Virus record (IMG/VR): IMGVR_UViG_3300020182_002848
Coordinates: 1-55,312 of that record
Reading direction: 5' to 3' (one strand)
DNA from: a virus
Lineage: Duplodnaviria > Caudoviricetes
Length of the DNA stretch: 55,312 nucleotides
Shown here: one piece after another, positions 9,753 through 19,543 of the stretch
Numbering within the stretch: the first letter of the stretch is position 1
How the letters are laid out: each line of letters starts with the position of its first letter
Position numbers and translations under genes: made by a program
Notes under the pieces: model-generated
What the model was told of the DNA's origin: nothing
Databases searched by the model: none
The model's input: the letters and a program-made list of their open reading frames with translations, nothing else

Positions 9753-10826
9753 ATGGCAAGAAAACCATCGAAGTCTCTCTCGGCGGCAGTGTCCGCCGAG
9801 ATTAAGAGCAAATTTGATTTAAATAAGTTTAAATCGTCTAAAGGTTTAGATAAAAACGTTAAATTTAAGGAACAAAAATGGATACCATTATCTCCTGCTT
9901 TTCAAGAAATTGCTGGAGTACCTGGAGTACCAATGGGACATATTTCATTACTTAGGGGACACTCTGATACAGGAAAAACAACTGCTCTACTTGAAGCAGC
10001 AGTATCAGCACAAAAAATGGGGATATTACCTGTTTTTATTATTACTGAGATGAAATGGAATTGGGAACATGCCGCTCAAATGGGATTAGAAGTTAAACTA
10101 ATCAAAGATGATGAAGGTAATGTTATTGATTATGAAGGAAACTTTATTTATGTTGATAGAGAAACTTTACATACTATTGAAGACGTAGCAGCATTTATAA
10201 TGGATCTACAGAATGAACAGAAAAAAGGTAATTTACCGTATGATTTAGCATTTTTCTGGGATAGTATTGGATCAATTCCTTGTGCAATGTCAGTTGAAAA
10301 ATTGAAAAATAACAATGAATGGAATGCGGGAGCAATGTCAACACAATTTGGTAACACGGTTAACCAAAGTATTGTAATGTCTCGTAAAGAATCATCACCA
10401 TATACTAATACTTTAATTTGTATTAATAAAGTATGGACTGCCAAAGCAGAATCACCTATGGGACAACCAAAAATGATGAACAAAGGTGGAATGGCAATGT
10501 GGTATGATGCAACATTTGTAGTTACATTTGGAAATGTCTCTAATGCTGGAACATCTAAAATTAAAGCAATTAAAGGTGGTAAACAAGTTGAATGGGGTAA
10601 AAGAACAAACTTACAAATTGATAAAAACCATGTTAATGGTATGCAGTCAAGAGGTAAAATTGTTATGACAAACCATGGATTTATCCAAGATACAGATAAG
10701 GATAAAAACAACTATAAGAAAGAACACTCAGATGAATGGACTAAAATCTTAGGTGGTGGAACATTCAAAATTGTAGAAGACCAAGAAGATGTAACCCCTG
10801 TACTTTACGACGTACAAGACTTATAA
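9753..10826 (+). CDS. recA: RecA/UvsX-like recombinase
   Basis: Walker A 'GHSDTGKTT', Walker B 'FFWDSIGS', 'KGG.A..Y', 'KNHV'. Confidence 0.85.
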   Translation: MARKPSKSLSAAVSAEIKSKFDLNKFKSSKGLDKNVKFKEQKWIPLSPAFQEIAGVPGVPMGHISLLRGHSDTGKTTALLEAAVSAQKMGILPVFIITEMKWNWEHAAQMGLEVKLIKDDEGNVIDYEGNFIYVDRETLHTIEDVAAFIMDLQNEQKKGNLPYDLAFFWDSIGSIPCAMSVEKLKNNNEWNAGAMSTQFGNTVNQSIVMSRKESSPYTNTLICINKVWTAKAESPMGQPKMMNKGGMAMWYDATFVVTFGNVSNAGTSKIKAIKGGKQVEWGKRTNLQIDKNHVNGMQSRGKIVMTNHGFIQDTDKDKNNYKKEHSDEWTKILGGGTFKIVEDQEDVTPVLYDVQDL

Positions 10827-10834
10827 ACAAAAAC

Positions 10835-11875
10835 ATGAAACACAAAGAGTTATTTAATCTTCTGGATGATATCCAGGAAGATCAGGAGATCCCTACCCAA
10901 AATAGACACGACAGAGTATTAATCTTAGATGGTTTAAATTTATTTTTTAGAAATTTTGCTATGATGAATATGGTTAATCCTGATGGAGTTCATATTGGTG
11001 GGTTAGGAGGATTCTTTCGCTCTTTGGGTGCTATGATTAGACAAACAAATCCAACTTCTGTTTATGTAGTATTCGACGGAGCAGGTTCAACAGTAAATCG
11101 TAAGAACCTGCTCTCCGAGTACAAGGGAACAAGAAATTTATCTAGGATTACTAATTGGGAAGCATTTGATAACATTGAGGAAGAACATGACTCAAAAATC
11201 GACCAAATTGTACGTATAATACAATATCTAAAGCTATTACCTGTTAAAACCACCATACTCGATAAAGTAGAAGCGGATGACATTATAGCCGTGTTAGCTG
11301 AAAAATTAGTAGAAAAACACGATTCAACTTGTTTTATAGTATCTAGTGATAAAGATTTCCTACAGTTAGTAACAGATAAGATTATTGTTTATAGGCCAAT
11401 GGAAAAAGAATATTATACTCCTAAAACTGTAGAAGAAAAATTTGGTTTAAAACCCTCTAACTTTATTTTACACAAAACACTATTAGGAGATAGTTCAGAT
11501 AATATCCAAGGTATTAAAGGATTAGGTGCAAAAGGTATATTTAAAAAATTTCCTGAATTAAAAACCCATGATTTAACTTTAGATGATATTTTCGACATAT
11601 CTGCTAGGAAGTTCAAGGACCATGTTGTATATTCCCGCATTGTTCAAGAACAATCTAGGATTGAAACTAATTACAAAGTTATGGATTTAAGCACTCCAAT
11701 GATTGATGATAAAGGAAAAGAACATATAGACAATTTAATAGATGAAGATTTACCTGAATTTAATTCTGAAATGTTTATCTCATTTTACAATGAAGACAAA
11801 CTAGGAGGAATGATCAGAAATTTAGATTCATGGTTAAAAGATATATTTGCTCTATTTCCAACTTATGAAAAATAA
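10835..11875 (+). CDS. 5'-3' exonuclease / flap endonuclease (T4 RNase H-like)
   Basis: 'ILDGLNLFFR', 'VFDG', 'YKGTR', 'EADD', 'SSDKDFLQL', 'GDSSDNIQGIKGLG'. Confidence 0.9.
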   Translation: MKHKELFNLLDDIQEDQEIPTQNRHDRVLILDGLNLFFRNFAMMNMVNPDGVHIGGLGGFFRSLGAMIRQTNPTSVYVVFDGAGSTVNRKNLLSEYKGTRNLSRITNWEAFDNIEEEHDSKIDQIVRIIQYLKLLPVKTTILDKVEADDIIAVLAEKLVEKHDSTCFIVSSDKDFLQLVTDKIIVYRPMEKEYYTPKTVEEKFGLKPSNFILHKTLLGDSSDNIQGIKGLGAKGIFKKFPELKTHDLTLDDIFDISARKFKDHVVYSRIVQEQSRIETNYKVMDLSTPMIDDKGKEHIDNLIDEDLPEFNSEMFISFYNEDKLGGMIRNLDSWLKDIFALFPTYEK

Positions 11876-11886
11876 AAAGGTTATAA

Positions 11887-13260
11887 ATGACATTAAATAG
11901 TATAAATCAGTACGGACATGATTTTCAAATTAAAGTATTATCGTCTCTGTTAACTCATAAAGAATTCCTTACGAATATTCATGATATTATATCAGAAGAA
12001 TATTTCGAAAACCAGGCACAAAAATGGGCGATTAAAGAGGTACTTAACTATTATGATAAGTACCATACTACTCCCTCATTAGATATATTAAAAGTAGAAT
12101 TACAAAAGGTAGATAATGAAGTACTACAGATATCTATTAAAGAACAATTAAAACAAGCATTTGTTAGCTCGGATGATGATTTAGAATACGTACAAGAAGA
12201 ATTTACTAATTTTTGTAAAAACCAACAATTGAAGAAGGCCTTAATGTCGTCTGTGGACTTATTGAAAGCAGGCGATTTTGATGGTATTCGTTTTATTGTA
12301 GATAATGCTTTAAAAGCAGGACAGGATAAAAATATAGGACATGAATATGTTAAAGATATTGAAGAACGTTATAGAGAAAATTCAAGAGAAACTGTACCTA
12401 CCCCTTGGGACAAAATTAATAACTTATTACAAGGTGGATTGGGAAATGGAGATTTTGGTCTCATATTTGGTAATCCAGGAGGTGGTAAATCTTGGTCATT
12501 AGTAGCATTAGGAGGACATGCTGTAAGATTAGGATATAATGTCTTGCATTATACACTTGAATTAGGGGAAGAATATGTTGGTAAAAGATATGATGCTTTT
12601 TTCACTAAAATCCCAGTTAATAAAATAGATTCTCAAAGAGAAAAAGTGGAAGAAATCATACCTCAATTGCCAGGTAAATTAATAATTAAAGAATACCCAA
12701 CAGGTAGAGCATCAGTCTCAACTATTGAGTCACATATTGCGAAAAGCACAAGTATGGGAGTTAAACCAGATTTGGTAATTATTGATTATGTAGACTTACT
12801 TTCATCAAGAAAAACAAATCGTGAACGTAAAGATGAAATTGATGATATTTATACAAGTACTAAGGGATTAGCTAGACAGTTAGATATACCAATTTGGTCT
12901 GTTTCACAAGTTAATCGTGCAGGTGCAAACGATAACGTGATACAAGGAGATAAAGCAGCAGGATCGTATGATAAAATAATGATAACTGATTTTTGTATGT
13001 CTCTCTCACGTAAAAAAGAAGATAAAGTTAACAACACTGGTAGATTCCATTTAATGAAAAATAGATATGGAATGGATGGAATTACCTTTGGTATTGAAGC
13101 TGATACTTCTACTGGACATTTTATAGTAAAAAATGAATATGTTGAAGGGGATGAACCTGAAGCAGCAGCATTACAACCACGTTCTAATAAATTTGATACT
13201 GATGTAGATAATTTCGATAAACAATTGTTACGTAAGAAATTTTTTGAATTAAATCCTTAA
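11887..13260 (+). CDS. DnaB-like replicative helicase (gp41-like)
   Basis: Walker A 'GNPGGGKS', 'TLEL', 'IIDYVDL', 'SQVNR', 'KNRYG'. Confidence 0.9.
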   Translation: MTLNSINQYGHDFQIKVLSSLLTHKEFLTNIHDIISEEYFENQAQKWAIKEVLNYYDKYHTTPSLDILKVELQKVDNEVLQISIKEQLKQAFVSSDDDLEYVQEEFTNFCKNQQLKKALMSSVDLLKAGDFDGIRFIVDNALKAGQDKNIGHEYVKDIEERYRENSRETVPTPWDKINNLLQGGLGNGDFGLIFGNPGGGKSWSLVALGGHAVRLGYNVLHYTLELGEEYVGKRYDAFFTKIPVNKIDSQREKVEEIIPQLPGKLIIKEYPTGRASVSTIESHIAKSTSMGVKPDLVIIDYVDLLSSRKTNRERKDEIDDIYTSTKGLARQLDIPIWSVSQVNRAGANDNVIQGDKAAGSYDKIMITDFCMSLSRKKEDKVNNTGRFHLMKNRYGMDGITFGIEADTSTGHFIVKNEYVEGDEPEAAALQPRSNKFDTDVDNFDKQLLRKKFFELNP

Positions 13261-13273
13261 ATAAAAAAACTAA

Positions 13274-14260
13274 ATGGCAAAAAAAGACATCACACAAGAA
13301 AGAATTGTTTACAAACCTTTCGAATACCAACAAGCCTCAGATTATTGGCTTAAACAACAACAAGCACACTGGTTACATACCGAAGTCCCAATGATGAGTG
13401 ATGTTAATGATTGGAAACAGAATTTAGAACCCCATGAAAAAAACATTATTGGTACAATTTTAAAAGGTTTTGCTCAAACTGAAACTGTAGTAAATGATTA
13501 TTGGACTACCTTAGTAACTAGTTGGTTTAGAAAACCTGAAATAATTAAAATGGCTGTTACATTTGGAGCATTTGAAACTATCCATGCTGAAGCATATTCA
13601 TTATTAAATGAAGAATTAGGATTAGATAATTTTGCAGAGTTTTTAGAAGATGAAGCCACTATGGCAAAAATTGAGGCATTAACTGAAGTTAGAGATTCAC
13701 ATGATGGTACTCCTAATTGGCATGAAAGAGCAAAATCATTAGCAGTCTTTTCTGCGTTTACGGAAGGAGTTAATTTATTTTCTTCATTTGCAGTATTATT
13801 ATCTTTTAAATTAGACAATAAACTTAAAGGAGTAGGTCAAATTGTAGAGTGGAGCATCAGAGATGAATCATTACATTCAGAAGCAGGTTGTTGGTTATTC
13901 AGAACGCTAATGCAAGAACATCCAGAATACAACACACCAGAATTACAAGCTGATATAGAAGAAGCAGCTAAATTATCTTTAAAATTAGAATTAGATTTTA
14001 TTGATAAAGTGTATGAAATGGGAGATTTAAAAGGTTGTCCCAAATATGATTTAATTTCATTTATTAAACATAGAGTAAACACTAAAATGAGTGATTTAGG
14101 ATATGGACCTATAGTTAATGGGATAGATAAAGATGCAGTAAAAAGAATGAAATGGTTTGATAGCTTATCAGCAGGAAAACAACATACAGATTTTTTTGCA
14201 AACAGAGTAACAAATTATAGTAAAGGTGTTCAAAATTGGGACGCAAACAGTTTATTTTAA
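13274..14260 (+). CDS. nrdB: Ribonucleotide reductase class I beta subunit
   Basis: 'ETIHAEAYS', 'EGVNLFSSF', 'RDESLH', 'DFF..RVT.Y'. Confidence 0.95.
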   Translation: MAKKDITQERIVYKPFEYQQASDYWLKQQQAHWLHTEVPMMSDVNDWKQNLEPHEKNIIGTILKGFAQTETVVNDYWTTLVTSWFRKPEIIKMAVTFGAFETIHAEAYSLLNEELGLDNFAEFLEDEATMAKIEALTEVRDSHDGTPNWHERAKSLAVFSAFTEGVNLFSSFAVLLSFKLDNKLKGVGQIVEWSIRDESLHSEAGCWLFRTLMQEHPEYNTPELQADIEEAAKLSLKLELDFIDKVYEMGDLKGCPKYDLISFIKHRVNTKMSDLGYGPIVNGIDKDAVKRMKWFDSLSAGKQHTDFFANRVTNYSKGVQNWDANSLF

Positions 14261-14263
14261 AAT

Positions 14264-15979
14264 ATGGAAAACAACGCATTACAAGTAGATTATACAAATT
14301 GGGAAAAAGGAAAAAACTACCCAGAATGGATGGATGAAATTTCTTTAGCAACTATATCTAAAGGTTATTTACTCCCAGGAGAAGATGTAAAAAAAGCATA
14401 TAGAAGAGTTTCTAATGCCTCTGCTAATAGACTTAAAAAACCAGAATTAGCTAATAAATTCTTTAAAATTATGTGGAATGGTTGGTTAGGATTAGCATCA
14501 CCTGTATTATCAAATATGGGAACTGATCGTGGTTTACCAATTTCGTGTTTTGGTGTTGATACACCCGATTCAATACGTGGAATCGGTTTAACTAACGCGG
14601 AACTAATGAAATTAACAGCATCCGGTGGGGGTGTAGGTATTTCGTTAAATCGCATTAGAGAACGTGGAACTGAAATCTCAGGAAATGGTAAAAGTGAAGG
14701 TGTAGTACCCTGGGCTAAAATATTTGATTCATCAATTATTGCTACTAACCAAGGTAATGTTCGAAGAGGAGCAGCATCTGTTAATTTAGATATAGAACAT
14801 GGAGATATAGAAGAATTCTTACAAATTCGTAGACCAAAAGGTGATCCAAACAGACAATGTCTAAATTTACATCAATGTGTTGTTGTAGGAGATTCATTTA
14901 TGAGAAAGCTAGAAGCAAGAGACCCAGAAGCAATGAATAGATGGGCTACTGTTTTAAAGTCAAGAATGGAAACAGGTGAACCCTATATAATGTATAAGGA
15001 TAATGTTAATAAAGATAACCCAATAGCTTATAGACTAAATAATTTAGATGTAAGTATGACAAATATTTGTTCTGAAATTACATTATTTACAGATGAAGAA
15101 CATAGTTTTATTTGTTGTCTATCTTCTATGAATTTATCTAAATATGATGAATGGAAAGATACAGATGCCGTTGAATTAGCTACTTGGTTCCTAGATGGAG
15201 TAATGCAAGAATTTATTGATAAATCAGCAGGTAAAACTTCATTAGAAAGAACATATAACCATGCTCGTAAAGGTAGAGCTTTAGGTTTAGGTGTAATGGG
15301 TTGGCATTCTTTCTTACAACAAAAAGAATTACCCTTTAATTCAATAGCATCTACAGCACATACTCATAATATATTTTCAGACATTAGGAGTAAAGCAGAA
15401 AAAGCATCTATGGCCTTAGCTCAAGAATATGGAGAACCATTATGGTGTAGAGGTACAGGTATGAGAAATACACATTTATTAGCAATTGCTCCAACAGTAT
15501 CTAATTCAGTTATTTGTGGGGGTATTAGTGCTGGTATTGAACCTCTACCTGCTAATATTTACACTTTTAATGGTGCTAAAGGTACTTTTATTAGAAAAAA
15601 TAAAGTATTACAATCCATTTTAATTGAAAAGGGTGAAGATAAAGATAAATGGTGGGATCAAATGTTAGCTGAGGATGGTTCAGCACAAGGTTTACCAGAT
15701 AATATTCTAAACCCAGAAGAAAAAGAATTGTTTTTAACATTCCCTGAAATTAATCAATTAGAATTAGTGCGCCAAGCGGCAATTAGACAACGTTATATTG
15801 ATCAAACACAATCGTTAAATCTATCTTTTGATGTGAATGATTCACCAAAATGGATTAATCAAGTACATTTAGAAGGTTGGAAATTAGGAATTAAAACATT
15901 TTATTATCTAAGAACTGATAGTGTTATTAAAGGAGATTTAGGTTCTCGTATGGCCGATTGCGTTTCATGCGATGGTTAA
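14264..15979 (+). CDS. nrdA: Ribonucleotide reductase class I alpha subunit (no ATP cone)
   Basis: 'PISCF', 'GGGVG', 'TNICSEI', 'CCLSS', 'IAPT', 'KTFYY', C-terminal 'CVSCDG'. Confidence 0.95.
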   Translation: MENNALQVDYTNWEKGKNYPEWMDEISLATISKGYLLPGEDVKKAYRRVSNASANRLKKPELANKFFKIMWNGWLGLASPVLSNMGTDRGLPISCFGVDTPDSIRGIGLTNAELMKLTASGGGVGISLNRIRERGTEISGNGKSEGVVPWAKIFDSSIIATNQGNVRRGAASVNLDIEHGDIEEFLQIRRPKGDPNRQCLNLHQCVVVGDSFMRKLEARDPEAMNRWATVLKSRMETGEPYIMYKDNVNKDNPIAYRLNNLDVSMTNICSEITLFTDEEHSFICCLSSMNLSKYDEWKDTDAVELATWFLDGVMQEFIDKSAGKTSLERTYNHARKGRALGLGVMGWHSFLQQKELPFNSIASTAHTHNIFSDIRSKAEKASMALAQEYGEPLWCRGTGMRNTHLLAIAPTVSNSVICGGISAGIEPLPANIYTFNGAKGTFIRKNKVLQSILIEKGEDKDKWWDQMLAEDGSAQGLPDNILNPEEKELFLTFPEINQLELVRQAAIRQRYIDQTQSLNLSFDVNDSPKWINQVHLEGWKLGIKTFYYLRTDSVIKGDLGSRMADCVSCDG

Positions 15980-16000
15980 AAATATTATGAAAGAGAGATT

Positions 16001-16030
16001 AAGGAGAGTGCATTAGCACTCTCTTTTTTT
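16001..16030 (+). terminator. Intrinsic terminator after nrdA
   Basis: GGAGAGTGC-ATTA-GCACTCTCT followed by a T run; ATATTTAT motif follows immediately. Confidence 0.85.
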
Positions 16031-16096
16031 ATATTTATGAGCAAATAAAGTTGTTAAATAATATAGTTATCTACGTAAATAAATAAATCAAACTAT

Positions 16097-17299
16097 ATGA
16101 AAAAAATATTATTAATATTTGTATTTTTAATAACTTTACCTTCTTACGGTCAAGAACCAGCGACACCAGGTAAAAACAAATTTTTTAAATCACTTTATAA
16201 AGATTTTCTTAAATATGGAACAGTCTACGGAGCTGGAGATATAAATAACTCTGTAGAAGCAGCAGAACCTACTTATTTTTTAAGAACTAACCCAGATGGA
16301 AGTTTATATTCCATCCCAGACGTAGTAGATAATACAGAAACATTTCCATTTGATTATAGATATGGATTTGGTATTAGAAAATTAGCAAGGTTTGATTATG
16401 AAAGAAAACCTAAAAACTATTATGATGGTACAGAAGAACAATTAGTATTTGGTGCACCAACATCTGCGGTACAAGGTTTAGAATATCAATTCCATTATGA
16501 AAAAGAAAGATGGAGAGGTGAAGATTTTACTAATTTTAATTATTTTTTAAAACATACAGGTAAATACCATATTGTAAAAGTACAATCAAGAGAAGTAGGT
16601 AAAATTAACTTAAATTATAAATCAGCAGAAGTAAGAGCTAGATTACCTATTGGAAAAAAATTCTCATTTTCAGCTGGGGCAATAGCTAGAGGACATGAAA
16701 GAGCTTATGGGTATAATCCTATCGAAATATGGTTAAATGAAACTGATGAATTCGGAAACGCAATTAACCAATGGTATACATTAGGATATGAAAATGGATA
16801 CACTGATGTTTTCTATACATCAACAGATGCTAATGGTAATGTAACTAACGATTGGTGTTGGATAGATGAGAATGGAGTACAGGTAGCACACTCTGACTTA
16901 AGCTTTAGAGAAAATATAATGCCTATGTTAATGAATGAGTTTAATGGAAGAGCTTGGGATTTATTAGATCCTTGGATTGAAGTTGCTCCTATAGTAGGGT
17001 TTGATTTTTACCACTACAAAAGAAATTTTTGGTTACATGCTTACGGAAATTTAATTTTACCATACCACAAATATGTTGCTGGAGAAGAAGAATTCAGTTA
17101 TCTTAATAGAAACAATTGGGGTAGGGGTGGATTAAGACAAAATGCAGAATTAGAACAATGGACTGATTACTCATTTGGGGCATCATTAGGAACTAAAATA
17201 GGAAAAAATTTAGGAATTTTCATAGAAGGTGAATATTCTAAAATGTGGGATAGCAAGTTGTATCAAACAACATTCGGATTAAATTATACGTTTAAATAA
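16097..17299 (+). CDS. Putative outer-membrane beta-barrel protein
   Basis: Sec signal peptide, alternating aromatic beta strands, C-terminal beta-signal-like 'TTFGLNYTFK'. Confidence 0.6.
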   Translation: MKKILLIFVFLITLPSYGQEPATPGKNKFFKSLYKDFLKYGTVYGAGDINNSVEAAEPTYFLRTNPDGSLYSIPDVVDNTETFPFDYRYGFGIRKLARFDYERKPKNYYDGTEEQLVFGAPTSAVQGLEYQFHYEKERWRGEDFTNFNYFLKHTGKYHIVKVQSREVGKINLNYKSAEVRARLPIGKKFSFSAGAIARGHERAYGYNPIEIWLNETDEFGNAINQWYTLGYENGYTDVFYTSTDANGNVTNDWCWIDENGVQVAHSDLSFRENIMPMLMNEFNGRAWDLLDPWIEVAPIVGFDFYHYKRNFWLHAYGNLILPYHKYVAGEEEFSYLNRNNWGRGGLRQNAELEQWTDYSFGASLGTKIGKNLGIFIEGEYSKMWDSKLYQTTFGLNYTFK

Positions 17300-17301
17300 T
17301 T

Positions 17302-17874
17302 ATGAAAAAATTAATATTACTTTTAGCACTTGCTATTTTCTTTGGTTGTACTAAGGATGAGATAGTAGTTAATGATGGACAACTAGTATTTGAAATTGCA
17401 TTAGATGGTGATTCATTTGACCCATACGAAAGATACTCAGTTATAACCTCTTATGGTGGAGAAACATTAGGAATTGATGGTAAATTAAAAAAAATATTTA
17501 TACTGTATCTTCAAATAGATGATGGAGAACCGAGATTAGATAGACAACATTTTGCAATGTATTTACTAGATTCAGATGCAGAAGATAATGGTTTATTATT
17601 GGATACAGGTACATATACTTGGGAAAATCCTAATAACAAATATGCTGGAGTAGAAATACCTGGTAACGATGAGTATATAGTTTGGAACGAAGTTATAGTA
17701 GGAGAGATTATCGAACCAGATGCTTTTTATGACCCTTCGTTAATTTGTTTAACTGCTGAGGGAGAATTTTATAACCCCTACATTCAACGAACTATGACAT
17801 TATCAATGAGATTAGAAAACTTCCCAATAGGGCAAGATATAACATCAACACCTTACGGGTATTTATTAGATTAA
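17302..17874 (+). CDS. Putative lipoprotein
   Basis: Lipobox 'IFFG|C' followed by TKDE, an acidic Bacteroidota-style export signal. Confidence 0.7.
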   Translation: MKKLILLLALAIFFGCTKDEIVVNDGQLVFEIALDGDSFDPYERYSVITSYGGETLGIDGKLKKIFILYLQIDDGEPRLDRQHFAMYLLDSDAEDNGLLLDTGTYTWENPNNKYAGVEIPGNDEYIVWNEVIVGEIIEPDAFYDPSLICLTAEGEFYNPYIQRTMTLSMRLENFPIGQDITSTPYGYLLD

Positions 17875-17879
17875 ATAAA

Positions 17880-18164
17880 ATGGCAAAACAAATAGGTGAG
17901 GATACTAAAGTAATCCTCGATTTAAAAACAATAGCAATGATAGTAGGATTTGTAGTCTCATTATCTACAGTATGGTTTACATTAAAAGCAGATATTGCTA
18001 GAGCAATGGTTCTACCAGAGCCCGTTATTGAAAGAGTTGAATACGACTTAAAAGATGAGTTGGTTCGTCAAACTATAATGGATACTCAAGAAGATGTAGA
18101 AATGCTTTTAGAAAAATTTGATAAACTAGAAGAACGTCTATATGAGTTATCTAAAAAACCATAA
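17880..18164 (+). CDS. Single-TM coiled-coil membrane protein
   Basis: Hydrophobic segment 'IAMIVGFVVSLSTVWFTL' followed by a heptad-like region. Confidence 0.65.
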   Translation: MAKQIGEDTKVILDLKTIAMIVGFVVSLSTVWFTLKADIARAMVLPEPVIERVEYDLKDELVRQTIMDTQEDVEMLLEKFDKLEERLYELSKKP

Positions 18165-18165
18165 A

Positions 18166-18594
18166 ATGAAAAACATTATTCTTCTATTATTAATAACCCT
18201 TCCTATATTTTCTATTGCACAATCTCAATATGAAGTAACCCCTAAAAAATACTGGATTAATGATGTTAATTTTGAAGATAAAATTCATCCTAAAGATGCA
18301 TTTGGAGATGATGATTCTTCTTTAGTTATAGTAGAATTTTGGGCTAAATTTAATGAAGATAACTGTTTTAAAGATTGGAATAAATTAAAAAATGTTACTT
18401 ACTATAGAATAGATATAGCAACAGCCCCAATAGCTAGAAAAAAATATAGAGTTAGAATGGCCCCTACATTAATTTTATTTGTAGATGGGGTTAAAACTAA
18501 TGTATTTAAAGCAGGTTTAGATTTAGTACTTAAAGAAGATCTACTAGAAATACAATCCTCAATTGACGAAGCAAAACTTTCTAGTCAATTTTAA
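18166..18594 (+). CDS. Secreted thioredoxin-fold protein lacking CxxC
   Basis: Signal peptide; 'VIVEFWAKFN' in place of WCxxC; 'YRVRMAPTLILFVDG' cis-Pro motif. Confidence 0.65.
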   Translation: MKNIILLLLITLPIFSIAQSQYEVTPKKYWINDVNFEDKIHPKDAFGDDDSSLVIVEFWAKFNEDNCFKDWNKLKNVTYYRIDIATAPIARKKYRVRMAPTLILFVDGVKTNVFKAGLDLVLKEDLLEIQSSIDEAKLSSQF

Positions 18595-18633
18595 TATTTA
18601 TAACAAAATAAAGTTTCACCAAATAGTTATCTT

Positions 18634-18888
18634 ATGTTAAACAAATTAAAAGAAAAATGGATGGCATTTAGAGATATTTTTAAAGATAGTAATGATATAA
18701 ATGAAAAAACTGTAGTAGGTTTTGCTTCATTTGCCATTATGACTATATTTGCAATAGTAGACTTAGTAACAGGATACTTTGGAAAAGATTTAGTTATTAA
18801 TGAATTTATATATGACTCATTTTTATTTATTACTTTAGGTAGTTTTGGTATTGCTGAGTTAGGTACTATTTTTAAGAAAAGAAAATAA
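18634..18888 (+). CDS. Holin-like two-TM protein
   Basis: Two hydrophobic segments, basic C-terminus KKRK; lies after a late motif and before a peptidoglycan enzyme. Confidence 0.55.
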   Translation: MLNKLKEKWMAFRDIFKDSNDINEKTVVGFASFAIMTIFAIVDLVTGYFGKDLVINEFIYDSFLFITLGSFGIAELGTIFKKRK

Positions 18889-18894
18889 AACACT

Positions 18895-19503
18895 ATGAAC
18901 TGTTATACAAGAGAACAAATAGAAGCTACTATGGCTAGTAAAGGTTATAAATACTTTACAGGAGGGGATTATGATGTAAACATTATTGGAGTTAGAAACT
19001 CAGAGACTAAAAATAGAGTTACTAATGCCTTTGATGACTGTATAACTTTATCATATAAAATAGAAGGTGAATGGCAATTTCATTGTTTTAAATGTACTAC
19101 AGACCCGGGAACACATTGGGTAGAAAATGTAATAAATGAAAATGGGGTTGCAATACTTAAACCAGGTCAATATAGGGGTTCACATAAACTGAGATTACAC
19201 CAAGGAAAATACTTAGCTTTGGGGCAACAAAAACCAGTCAAAGTATATCGAGACAATGACAGAGATAGTAAATATGATCTATTTGAAGAAAGAGTAGAAG
19301 AAGGTATATTTGGAATTAATATCCATAGAGCAACTAGTAGATCTGGTGGTACTTCTACCAGAGTAGACAAATGGTCAGCGGGTTGTCAAGTTATAGCTGA
19401 TAACGATGATTGGCATGAATTTTTAGATATATGTCAAACCGCAAGAGAAATTTGGGGTAATTCCTTTACTTATACTTTACTTGAATCAAAAGATATAGTA
19501 TAA
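18895..19503 (+). CDS. YkuD/L,D-transpeptidase-fold protein, probable endolysin
   Basis: 'GINIHRA...WSAGCQV' matches the Hx14-17[ST]xGC catalytic motif; no signal peptide; follows the holin-like gene. Confidence 0.6.
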   Translation: MNCYTREQIEATMASKGYKYFTGGDYDVNIIGVRNSETKNRVTNAFDDCITLSYKIEGEWQFHCFKCTTDPGTHWVENVINENGVAILKPGQYRGSHKLRLHQGKYLALGQQKPVKVYRDNDRDSKYDLFEERVEEGIFGINIHRATSRSGGTSTRVDKWSAGCQVIADNDDWHEFLDICQTAREIWGNSFTYTLLESKDIV

Positions 19504-19543
19504 TTCCTTGGCTTGTAGCCACCCCCTTATTATATTTATAACC

